Part shown: positions 52,581 through 64,000 of the stretch, one piece after another
Layout: each line of letters begins with the position of its first letter
Position numbering within the stretch: position 1 is the stretch's first letter
The notes under the pieces: generated by a model
What the model was told of the DNA's origin: nothing
Database searches by the model: none
Seen by the model: only the letters and a program-made list of their open reading frames with translations
Position numbers and translations under genes: made by a program
Origin: Octopus sinensis
Lineage: Eukaryota
Length of the DNA stretch: 64,000 nt
Assembly (NCBI RefSeq): GCF_006345805.1
Contig: NC_043006.1
Span: 5,952,001-6,016,000, forward strand
Reading direction: 5' to 3'

Positions 52581-53385
52581 AGGTACCAGTGGTGGTATAG
52601 TGGTGTGGGGTCGTTTGAATGGTCCGTACGCTATGAAGGTTAGAGGTGAAGTGAATGACAATATACTTCACTTGATAAGGTAGCATGTGGTAAATATCTG
52701 TTACCATCATCCATTGTCCCGTAGTGAGAAGTAAGTTTTATTTCCCTGTGTTGGGAATTAAATGAGAATGAGAAGTAAGGGGACAATGTTTTTGAGATTC
52801 CGATTCGAATGTAAGGCAGGTTTGAAAGTGTTCCCAACAGTTATTAGTTGTAGTGGAAGAATGTTTATGCCGAATATGTACGTATGCATGTATATATATG
52901 TATGTATGCCTGTATATATTCATCAAAAAAGTGGCAGCATATTAAAATGCCTTTAAAGATTAAAATTATAAACAACATAAACAAAGGCAAAAGAAAATTA
53001 TTTCTATGCCAATATGCTGATAACAGACTTTTAAATCGTCAATTTCCACATATTATTATATACCCACTACAGAAATTCGTTGTGCTGAAATCGAGGAAAA
53101 CTAGCCAACAGAAGTTTTTTTAAAAAAGTTCGTTATTTCTATATTGAATCAATTTCGGAATTAATCTCATAATAGATTTTTTCCTCTTCAGTAGAAAATA
53201 TGAATAGAAATAAATGAAACTTACATGCGCCCATGGAAAAAAAGCCGCCAAGCAAAAGTCATGAGTATATATATATAATATATATTATAAATATATATAT
53301 TATATATATAATATATATATATCATACATATATATATATATATATATATTATATTATATATATATATAATATATAATATATATAT

Positions 53386-53432
<47 letters not shown>

Positions 53433-53604
53433 ATATTAGGGAATAAATCCAATTTACAGGGAAAAAATCAGATTTAGGATTAATCCAATTTTATAGTAAA
53501 ATATTATAAAATATTATTAGAGACACCAAAACCACTATTTTGCAAAACAAACAAGGAAAGACTTAATCAATAATAAAATTTTAATTAAATAGTCAAAAAA
53601 ACCG

Positions 53605-53646
53605 CCACTACAATTGTTTCTTGTCTGATCGACAATCTTCAGGTGG
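53605..53646 (-). ncRNA. Consensus-perfect minimal type I hammerhead ribozyme motif
   Basis: CCAC-CTGAAGA-TTGTC(GATCA)GACAA-GAA-ACAATTGT-A-GTGG. All core nucleotides are present. Predicted cleavage after GUA, between 53609 and 53608. Confidence 0.75.
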
Positions 53647-53876
53647 ACTTCCAATAAGTCAGTTTCAAATTTGAGAGGATGTTGCTGTTGCCTTGGCGGA
53701 GATTTGCGCTCTCTGAATGCTCTTGTTGTTGTTGTTGTTGTTGTTGTTATTATTATTATTATGTTTTTTCCTTCTTTCTTCAAATTTTCTTCCGTTTCTC
53801 GCCGAGTGTTTTCCATACACCTAGGGCAGAGAAGCTCATTGTATGCATTCCCAGATTACACACGCAAATTCACAGA

Positions 53877-53933
<57 letters not shown>

Positions 53934-53947
53934 CATCATTATTATGC

Positions 53948-53991
<44 letters not shown>

Positions 53992-54143
53992 ACACACACA
54001 CTCACATACATATATATACACATATGCATATATGATACACACATACACACACACATTCATATATAAAGAGAGAGCGGGAGGGAGGGAGACAGATTTTGTA
54101 CCGTTCTATAATATTAATACAAGATATAAAATAATATAGTAAA

Positions 54144-54177
<34 letters not shown>

Positions 54178-55300
54178 GTGAAGAATTCCACAAGTCGCAA
54201 CTTACAACAGAATTTTTGGATATCTTCCTTTAGTTCATGGTGGTTGACTGTTTGTGTAGGTGTAAATTTCAGGCCTTTTAAGAGAAGTTGGATTTCATCA
54301 TTGTCAAGATATCTTTTGGAAAGATTATTTTAGGATCTATCCGTCGAGTTGTTTTGGATATGTTTCCACGTGGAATTTTCTTTTCTCCGGTGTTTCTTGT
54401 CCAGACATTAAAAAATAGATTTTTTTCTCTTTGTGATTTCTATTTTTGTTGATGTTAACTTGAAGATTGTGTTTTGGTTGTGTTATTTTACCTGGCTTTG
54501 TTATGTTTTCTGTCCTATTTTTGGAATTATACATCTTATTTTTCAATTTCTTGTTAGTATTGATTTTAATGATCTGAGAGAATGATCTAGATTTGTTTCC
54601 GGTTCTAGATCGGTTTTTTTGCCCAGTTTTTTGTAGATAGTCTTTGTTGGGGTTTTGAAAATGATCTATTATTTCTAATGGCCTGATCAAAGGAATATTT
54701 ATCTTGTTTATATTTTTTGTGCATTTTGTGTACATTAGGTTGTTTGCGTACAAAAAGTGACGAATTCTTACCATAGTTCCTCTTTGACTCATGGTGGAAT
54801 GAGCGTTCATGTTACCCCGTGTTCTGGCTTTTGTTACGTTGGTGAGATTGTTCTCTTTTCTTGTTATTTCTCTGGGTTCTATAGTCTTTACCGTAATTGG
54901 TAGCATATTTGTCGAGGAATAGTTGTTTCTGCTGCCATAATTCTCTTGATTTGCTCTCTCCTTTTGTGATATCCCTGGTCCATAGTTCTCGCATTCCCCC
55001 CCCCCTAGATTGCCAGTTGCTAGTTTTGATATTCCATTTCCAACTAGGCCATCGATTGCTTCGTATTTGACTTTGTAACGGATTGTTTACATAGGGTAAT
55101 ACAGATGTCAGTCCTGAATTTTGTTACGGTAAGGTCCCATCGAAGCTTTGTTTCATCCTCTGGTTCTCCTACAATTTTCTTAATTAGGTAGTTCCGAAGA
55201 AGTATGGGTGCCGCTAAAGAAATCCATTTCGAGTGTGTTTCGGCATACTTTTCGCATTTATATGCTTTCCAAATGTTTTTTTTTTTCTTATGTTAAGAGA
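54178..55300 (-). mobile_element. N-terminal fragment of a Penelope-like ORF
   Basis: LSKRYLDNDEIQLLLKGLKFTPT..ELKEDIQKFCCKLRLVEF is the PLE N-terminal motif, preceded by an N/K/R-rich region. Truncated at an (ATT)n tract. The upstream boundary is approximate. Confidence 0.65.
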
Positions 55301-55364
55301 TTTTTTCCATGTCTGCCACATTCCTTTTCTTTTTCGATGTACTTCCGTTACATATTTATAAATA

Positions 55365-56534
55365 CGAGGGTTGGCTGAAAAGTTCACAGGTTGACCAAGA
55401 CACCCTCGTGGAATGTGACCAAATGAGGGTTATTTTTCAACATAGTCCCCTTTGCTGTCCACACACTTCTTCCATCGGTGTTGCAGTGCTTGGATCCCAT
55501 TGCTGAAGAAGTTTTCATTCTCTTCGTCAAAAAAAAGTCATCAACAGCTGATGTGACTTCATCATCAGTGCGATATTGATTCCCAGCCAAGTGTTGAGGA
55601 ACAGATGATCGTCAGATGGGTCCAAATCAGGAGAGCAGGGTTCAAATCTATAGTCACAAACAGCAGCCATTGAAACCTTGTGTCCTGGAGCATTGCCCTG
55701 ATGGAACAAGACCCCTTTTTTGTCAATTTTCCTGGGTGTTTGGTGTCGATAGCCTTTCCTAACTGTCTCAGCAAATTGGCATAGTACTCTCCATCGATGG
55801 TGTAGCTCGTTTGATGATAATAAACTCAATACCTTTTGCATTCAAAAAAACTGAGGCCGTCACCTTCCCTGCAGATAAAACTACCTCGGCCTTCTTTGGA
55901 GCTGGTGAGGAGGGATGTTTCCACAGCATGGATTATCTCTTTGTCTCTGATTGAAAGTGATGAACTCAACACTCGTCCTGGATAAAGAGACGTTCAAGGA
56001 AACCAGCTTGATCTACCTCAAACTATGACAGATTCCTTGTACAGAATATTCTCAGCTCTCTCACGGGATATGCTAACAGCACTGGCTATTTCATTTATAG
56101 TCAATCGCGTGTCATTCACCACTATTTTTGTGAGCACAATCAATGTTTTCCTCGATGGTGGCAGTCGCAGGACGTCCGGATGCTGGGTCATCTTCAAAAC
56201 TCTCCCTTTACCTCCTAAATTCAGCTGTCCATTTTTGCATTGTTGATAAATCCCCTAATGTAGCAACCATGTCAGCATAAATGCCAGCTAAACCCTTTTT
56301 TTTTTTTTTCCCCGCAGATACTTGATAACACGACGATGCCAAGTTTTGTCGAATTTCAAGAGAGGCCATTACTAGTTTACCTTTGAAGATTTCTTTGATC
56401 AATCAGATACGAGTTTACCAAGAAAGAAACAATACAGTTATTAATAAGAAGAGTTGAAAATGATGCATGCGAAATATCACGGCTCAAGTATCATTCCTTC
56501 ATAGTCAGCCTATGGACTTTTCTGTCCTCCCTCG
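55365..56534 (-). mobile_element. Full-span decayed mariner transposon
   Basis: TA-CGAGGG..CCCTCG-TA TIRs with TA TSD. Remnants QKWTAEFRR..EDDPASGRP, DE..VHHF, HQGNAPGHK and SPDLDPSDDHLF. Confidence 0.88.
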
Positions 56535-56631
56535 TATGCGATTTATATATATTCTACACACACACACACACGCACACATACACACACTAATACACATATA
56601 TACTATATGCGTGTGATAGATATATTCTCTT

Positions 56632-56985
56632 TTCCTCTTTTTACTTGTTTCAGTCATTTGACTGCGGCCACGGTGGAGCACCGCCTTTAGTCGAGTACAT
56701 CGACCCCAGGACTTATTCTTTGTAAGCCTAGTACTTATTCTATCGGTTTCTTTCGCCGAACCGCTAGGTTACGGGGACGTAAACACACCAGCATCGGTTG
56801 TCAAGCGATGTTGGGGGGACAAACACAGACACACAAACACACACACACACACATATATATACAGTTTCCGTCTACCAAATCCACTCACATGGCTTTGGTC
56901 GGTCCGAGACTATAGTAGAAGACACTTGCCCGAGGTGCCACGCAGTGGGACTGAACCCAGAACGATATGGTTGGTAAGCAAGCTA
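56632..56985 (-). mobile_element. SINE family A
   Basis: Match to the other copies, with a shortened core. Confidence 0.85.
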
Positions 56986-57582
56986 TATATATATTTATAT
57001 ATATATATATATTATATATATATATATATATATATGCACACATACACAGACATATATGCATGTGTCTATACACACACGTATGTATTTGTGTATATACATG
57101 TGCGCACGCACGCGTATGTATTGTTTCCGTTTTTTATACAATCTCATAAAGATTTCAATTCGAGAACTAATTAGTAAATAAATTTAAACACAAATGAATG
57201 AAACACGAATTTAATAAGGCGGACAACACCACCGCCGCCGCCGTCGCCGTCGTCGTCATCATCATCATCACCATCGTGCAGTGGTTTAATTGTGCCATAA
57301 GCCTGACATACGCTGCTGCGGCAGTCAATCTGAAAGACTAGAATACGTAAATCTTATTAATCGCTGATCCGTTAGGCCAAGGTATTACCTCTAGTCTCGG
57401 CCGAGATTCTCAATTAGGCTGCACTAATTACACTTACCTTTCCACCTGCCAGCCCCTCCCCTTTACCTATCCATCACTTCCTGCCCACGTGTCTACCTAC
57501 CTGAGCTAATCCTCCCCACTTAGTGGGGAAATCACAAGCGTCATGGACGTGTCACCGTCCTGTTAGTAGTAGTAGTAGCAGC

Positions 57583-57629
<47 letters not shown>

Positions 57630-58692
57630 AAGTAGTAGTAGTAGTAGTAGCTGCTACTATTGTTGTTATTTTGCCTTAGCCGAACTAAGTCCGTGTAGAC
57701 CTATGATTATAAAACTGATTATCTCGTCTTTATTCTAGCACAATATAGCTCGGACTACATAATGCAATGTGCCCTTTGTTTGATATTTATATTTAGATAA
57801 TATGCTTTGAGTAGAGAGATTTAGTTGCTATTTCTAGCTAGAAAGGTGATCGACCGTCACTATTTGGTTCGAGTTTAATTGTTTTTATTGTTCTTTAACC
57901 ATAGAACAGTCCCAGTCGAATAGATCTAAGGAATTGTGTCTCTGCCATGTACGCTAGAGTCTCACGCATGAACCACGGGTGTTCAAATATGATTATCTAA
58001 GATTATCCATTAAATTAGTTGATAGAAACTCCCTCTGGAATATCCAAAATCAAAAATAACGTCTAAGGGAAATAACTCTGTTAATATCAACCAAACTGAA
58101 GTATTTGTAAAGTAAAAAGACAGCACAGTTAGAAGGGGGAGATTGCCTTTAAAGTCAGTTGGTGAATGTAGTGGACAGGTTTCGATGTAATTAGCTTTCC
58201 TCGGTAAGGCGTATTTACTTCAGTTGACAGGAAGGATTTTGTAAATAAATACGATCTTCAAGTAAACAGAAATAGATAGATAGATATGTTTCTTTACTAG
58301 CCAGGGCTGAACACAGAGGGGACAAATAACAAAGCAGAGCTTTTATTTTGGGGGAGAAAAAAAAAGAAAAGAAAAATAAAAAGAAAAAAGAAAAAGGGGG
58401 TAGGTTTTCGATCAAAAGGGATCGTAAAAAGAGAGAAAAAAAGCGATCAATAGGGATCGTGTATCACAGAAATGTCATGAAGTAAAGTGTAAAGGGGGAA
58501 GCAAATAAGGTTTATCCGTGGAAAGAAAAGCCTACGGAAAAGACCACGGTAACCTCGGTCAATAATATCACCACATGTTAACACATTTATTTGCAAGTAA
58601 GTAACTCTCTGTTTTAAATTTTTCCGGGTTCATAGGAGTATGAAAATAGCTCTTCCTTCCCGTTTGAAGAAAGGAGGCGTGACGATATTGAC

Positions 58693-58824
<132 letters not shown>

Positions 58825-59099
58825 TCACACACACACAGACACACACACAGATGAGGTTATACCGAAAGTAATGCAAAAGTGAACGTAACTTTTCTGTTGT
58901 TCAAATTGCACGTTAGCCAAAGAACTCTTCCTCAATGATAACTCTTCTTCCTGCTCTTCATTGCAGGCGAATAACTGGTTCCGTGCAGAAGCAACTTGCC
59001 ATCACTAACCTTTTGATGGAGAGGCTCAGGCTGTCCAACATCCACAAAAAGCAACAGGCTGTTTACGAGATCCATTGACAAAAGCAGTCTGCACAGATA

Positions 59100-59350
59100 C
59101 TCTTTTACTCTTTTACTTGTTTCAGGCATTTGACTGTGGCCATGCTGGAGCACCGCCTTTAGTCGACCAAATCGACCCCAGGACTTATTCTTTGTAAGCC
59201 AAGTACTTATTCTATCGGTCTATTTTGCTGAACCGCTAAGTTACGGGGACATAAACACACCAGCATCGGTTGTCAAGCGATATTAGGTGGACAAACACAG
59301 ACACACAAACATATACACACACATACATACATATATATATATAATATATA

Positions 59351-59425
<75 letters not shown>

Positions 59426-59587
59426 TGGGCTTCTTCCAGTTTCCGTCTACCAAAATCCACTCACAAGGCTTTGGTCGGCCCGAGGCTATAGTAGAAGACA
59501 CTTGCCCAAGGTGCCACGCTGTGGGACTGAACCCGGAACGATGTGGCTGGTAAGAAAGCTACTTACCACACAGTCACTCCTACGCCT
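59100..59587 (-). mobile_element. SINE family A
   Basis: Full-length match. Confidence 0.85.
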
Positions 59588-59594
59588 AGATAGA

Positions 59595-60445
59595 TGAAGA
59601 AGTTTAAAGAAGCGGAAACGAGCGTGTAAGACAAACCACGCCGCGGTGGGACACTATCACCTGCGACCAGTGACACGAATCACCAACGAGTGGACGAAGT
59701 GATTCGCGCGGAGAGACGAGTTCAATCTGGTGGTCAGATTACATTACAGAAGATGCTGGGAAATTTGAGATATCGGGAAGTGCGGGCAAAGTGAGTATTT
59801 AGGCAGCTGACACCCGATTTGACGGAAGTCTGCTCTGACCTACTGAAAGCGTTTGAAACCAATGAAGATATGCTTTTTTTTTTTGTTTTTTTGGGGTTTT
59901 TTTGCCAATCTGGTGACAGGGAATGAAACGTTGGCGTATCTTTATGGCTGGAAAGAAAGGACTAGTCCATGGAATGGCATCACACCTCTTCTCCAGTACC
60001 TAAACAGTTCAAGAGACAGACGTTCGTAGTGACAAGGGCATCGTTTTCCTTGAATTTCTGGAACGTGGTTGTACTGTGAACAACGTGTAGTACATTGCAA
60101 CACTCAGAAAGATTAGAGAAGCTTTTAGGAAGAAGAGACGGAACAAGAATCGGATATCGATCCACATTCACCATGACATGGTTTGACTCTACATATATAT
60201 TTGGCAACAAATCAGGCAATCGGCAAATTGAGCTGGTCAATGGTCCCCTCTCCACCGTACTGTCCGGATTTGGTGCCTTCCAAATTCTGCCTATTCGATT
60301 CAATGATAGGCAGAATTAGAGGACAACGATTTAATGACATAGATGAGGCGAAAGTGGTTGTGACTAATCGAGTGCATCGGTGCATATCTTAATTTTTCAA
60401 AGGTTCAAGAATTGCACAAATGCATCGCTTGTGATGTAGACTATG
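59595..60445 (+). mobile_element. Decayed mariner transposase remnant
   Basis: KFKEAETSV.DKPRRG, VTGNET, and WSMVPSPPYCPDLVPS (YSPDLAPS-like). TIRs not evident. Confidence 0.7.
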
Positions 60446-60887
60446 TTAGGTATTACCTTTGTATAGAGGAAGAGTTACTTGGCTGTGGTAGTGGTATTTT
60501 AGTCCCAAGTCATCTCTAATCAATCACTTGTATGATCTTGACGGTCTAGTGCTAACCATTTCGTCCTTTATTCAGACATAGTATAATCTGTCCTTCGTTA
60601 TTCAATGTGCCCTCCGTTTTAAGACAGTTGACTGCTGTTTTTGGAAGGTCGGCTGCCTGCGTAGCGGATTCTCTCTCCCTATTTAACTTCAGAGTTTTTA
60701 TGTCTTTTCATGAAGAAATCTATATTTTGAATGATAAATAAAATTGTTTGTTGGGATGAAATTAAATTTCTTATTCAAACAATACTATACTTATAATTAA
60801 TCAGTCTATATTTCTAATTAATTAACTCAATGATTCTGAACTGCTTTATTAAGACGGTCGTTGTGGTTATTGTATTAAAAGGAAAGA

Positions 60888-61100
60888 CGGCGAGCTGGCG
60901 CGAAATGCGTAACCGTATTTCGTCTGCCGTTAAGTTCTGAGTTCAAATTCCGCCGAGGTCGACTTTGCCTTTCATCCTTTCGGGGTCGATTAAATAAGTA
61001 CCAGTTACGCACTGGGGTCGATATAATCGACTTACTCCGTTTGTCTGTCCTTGTTTGTCCCCTCTATGTTTAGCCCCTTGTGATGTAGTAAAGAAATAGG
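60888..61100 (+). mobile_element. SINE family B
   Basis: GGCGAGCTGGC..CTGAGTTCAAATTCCGCCGAGGTCGAC..TTTAGCCCCTTGTG. Confidence 0.85.
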
Positions 61101-61559
61101 TAGTTATTGTATTAAAAGGAAATGGTTCTAGTTTGATGTAAATATGAAATGTGAAGATAACTGTTAAACACAGTATTTGCAAAATAAATTCACAGTTGCA
61201 AAAAATGCCTTCAGTCTGAAGGTTCCAATCACTGCTTGCTTTATATTGCAAGATCTCTGAGAGTTTCGAAGCTAAGGAAAATAAGTAAATCATATAAATG
61301 TGCAGGAAAGTTGCAGTTAAGTTTGTAAAATCCTGCTACAGCTTAATTTTGATGCAGTTATGAATGGATGTGAAGATGTTCGTTTATTTATAGCTATATT
61401 AATAAGCCTGAGTAGAAAATGTTGTCGGTAACTTAAGATAGAAATTACTTAAGTTGACCTCTTTTTTGCATCACTTTTTCAAATAGATGTCTGATTCGAA
61501 AATTAAGTTTATATTTCCCTGTTCTATGAACCCTGGAAAATAAAAGGAAAAGGTTGACA

Positions 61560-61976
61560 AGAGTGGCTGTGTGGTAAGTAGCTTGCTTACCAATCACATG
61601 GTTCTGGGTTCAGTCCCACTGCGTGGCACCTTGGGCAAGTGTCTTCTACTATAGCCTCAGGCTGATCAAAGCCTTGTGACTGGATTTGGCAGACGGAAAC
61701 TGAAAGAAGCCCGTCGTATATATAATATATATATATAACGTATGTATGTGTGTATGTGTTTGTATACGTTTGTGTGTCTGTGTTTGTCCCCCCAGCATCG
61801 CTTGACAATCGATGCTGGTGTGTTTACGTCCTCGTAACTTAGCGGTTCGGCGAAAGAGACCGATAGAATAAGTACTAGGCTTACAAAGAATAAGTCCTAC
61901 GGGCCGATTTGCTCGACTAAAGGTGGTGCTCCAGCATGGCCGCAGTCAAATGACTGAAACAAGTAAAAGAGTAAAG
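61560..61976 (+). mobile_element. SINE family A
   Basis: Full-length plus-strand copy starting GAGTGGCTGTGTGGTAAGTAGC. Confidence 0.88.
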
Positions 61977-62059
61977 TTACCTCAAAATTTCAGCATTCCT
62001 TCCTTCGTCAAACCTTTACCATGTTCGCTACTAAATGTCGTAAGTGATGGTTCAGTTTA

Positions 62060-62992
62060 ATATTGGTTTCAAATTTTGGCACAAAGCCAGGAATTTCGGA
62101 GGAGGGGACAAGTCGACTAAATTGAGCCCAGTACTCAACTAGCACTTATTTCATCGACCCCGAAAAGATGAAATGCAAAGATGAGCTCGGCGGAATTTGA
62201 ACTCAGAATGTCAGGACGAACGAAATGCTGCTCATCATTTTTGTCGATGTACTAACGATTCAGCCAGATTGTCGCCTAAATTTCAAATGTTTGGCACAAG
62301 GCCAGCAAGTTCGGAGAATGGGTTAAGTCGATTACTTCGACCCAATATTCCACTGGTACTTATTCTATCGACCTAGAAAGGCAAAGTTGGCCTCGGCGGA
62401 ATTTCAACTCAGAACGTAAGTACGGACGAACTACCTATTTCTTTACTACCCACAAGGGGGTTAAACACAGAGAGGACAAACAAGGATAGACAAACGGATT
62501 AAGTCGATTATATCGACCCCAGTGTGTAACTGGTACTTATTTAATCGACCCCGAAAGGATGAAAGGCAAAGTCGACCTCGGCGGAATTTGAACTCAGAAT
62601 GTTACGGCAGACGAAATACGGCAAAGCGTTTCGCCCGACGTGCTAACCACTCTGCCAGTTCGCTGCTTTTCCTTTCAATTTAATATTAGTTTCAAATTCG
62701 ACTGTCTTTAAGTTCTGAGTTCAAATTCCGCCGAGGTCGACTTTGCTTTCGTTCTTTTGGGGTCGATAAATCAAGTACCAGTTGCGTACTGGGGTCGATC
62801 TAATTGATTGACCCCTTCCTAGAGTAGGAAAGAATATTAATTTCAAATTTTGGCACAAGGTCAGCAAGTCCGGGGTAGGGAATGAGTCGATTACATTGAC
62901 CCTAGTGTTTAACTGGTCCTTAATTTATCGACCCCGAAAGGATGAAAGGCAAAGTCCACCTCGGTAGAATTTGAACTCAGAACGTAAAGTAG
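62060..62992. mobile_element. Cluster of about five SINE family B copies or fragments
   Basis: Three minus-strand units (62060-62670), one plus-strand unit (62712-62812) and one minus-strand unit (62840-62992). Confidence 0.8.
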
Positions 62993-63210
62993 GACGTTCC
63001 TTCAATTCAATATGAAATTCTTTTTTATACAAACTTGCCATAAAAACAAACATCAATGCAACGTGTGTGAGAGCGTGTACACACACACACACACACGTGT
63101 GTATGTATATATATATATCTATATGTGTGTGTGTGGTGTGTGTGTGTGTTGTGGTGCGTGTATATATATTACATATATATGTATGTTTATATATGAATAT
63201 GTATATCTAT

Positions 63211-63246
<36 letters not shown>

Positions 63247-63249
63247 GAT

Positions 63250-63631
63250 ATAATATATATATCAACGGCAGTTTGTCTGTGCGTGTTTCTGTGTGTCTGT
63301 TTTCTCGTACCCTCACTCTGATCACGGCTTTCAACGATTCTGATGAAACTTGACACACACATAGCCCATGTCATAATTCAAAACTAACGCAGCGAAAATT
63401 TTGAAAAGTTCCCCCCAGTTCTGAAAAAAATCGATTAAATTCGACATGGGGTCGAGAATCAGAAACCAAACCACAGACCGTCTAGGGGACGCAACTCCAC
63501 CTTTTTTAACTCTCAAAAAAATTTACCATCATTTTTTTTTCCATTTTTTGTATTTTTTGGCTATAACTCTCTAAAAATGCTTTATAGTTATTTCCCTTAC
63601 AAACCTGAGCAACGCCGGGCGATACTGCTAG
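63250..63631 (+). mobile_element. Non-autonomous Helitron-type element, third interior type
   Basis: The final ~65 bp is nearly identical to 10530-10593 (…CCCTTACAAACC.GAGCAACGCCGGGCGATACTGCTAG^T). The interior is different. Confidence 0.75.
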
Positions 63632-63953
63632 TATATATATATATATATATATATATATTATGTAGCAACATCTGATAGCCTGGTCGGTCACGGTGATATT
63701 TATATCTATATACATATATATTTAATACATATATATATTATATACACACACATATATATATATACATATATATACATTATATATATATACATACATATTA
63801 CTATATATATACATACATATACATATATATATATATACATATATTATTAATATATATATATATAATATATATGTTATATACATATACATATATATAATAT
63901 ACAATACATATGATATATACATATACAGATATAGTATATATATGTGTGTGTGG

Positions 63954-63984
<31 letters not shown>

Positions 63985-64000
63985 AATATATATGTATATA

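Overview
Eukaryotic, AT-rich, microsatellite-dense genomic DNA. The tRNA-derived SINE families and repeat landscape suggest an octopus or other coleoid cephalopod (inference, no search run). One clearly recognisable host gene is present: a CDK5 activator p35 (CDK5R1/2 family) with an uninterrupted ORF at 42435-43298 on the minus strand, a probable non-coding 5' exon carrying uORFs, and an ~8.5 kb surrounding zone with no recognisable TE copies. The rest is mostly mobile DNA: four Penelope-like element (PLE) coding remnants (one nearly complete, 27421-30649), a CR1/L2-type LINE lacking its RT core, an RTE 3' end, a decayed Helitron helicase plus four non-autonomous elements with Helitron-type 3' ends, several Tc1/mariner elements (including a DD37D maT) and many SINEs of three families. 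The main finding comes from reading the DNA directly: about 11 hammerhead-ribozyme-like motifs from several unrelated sequence families. One is consensus-perfect (53605-53646, minus) and one has the compensatory U3-A8 core (11496-11533). Several sit in fold-back inverted duplications (25711-26050, 49757-49877) or near PLE ends. All structures were derived by eye and none has been folded computationally or tested. Most ORFs in the supplied track are microsatellite artefacts.
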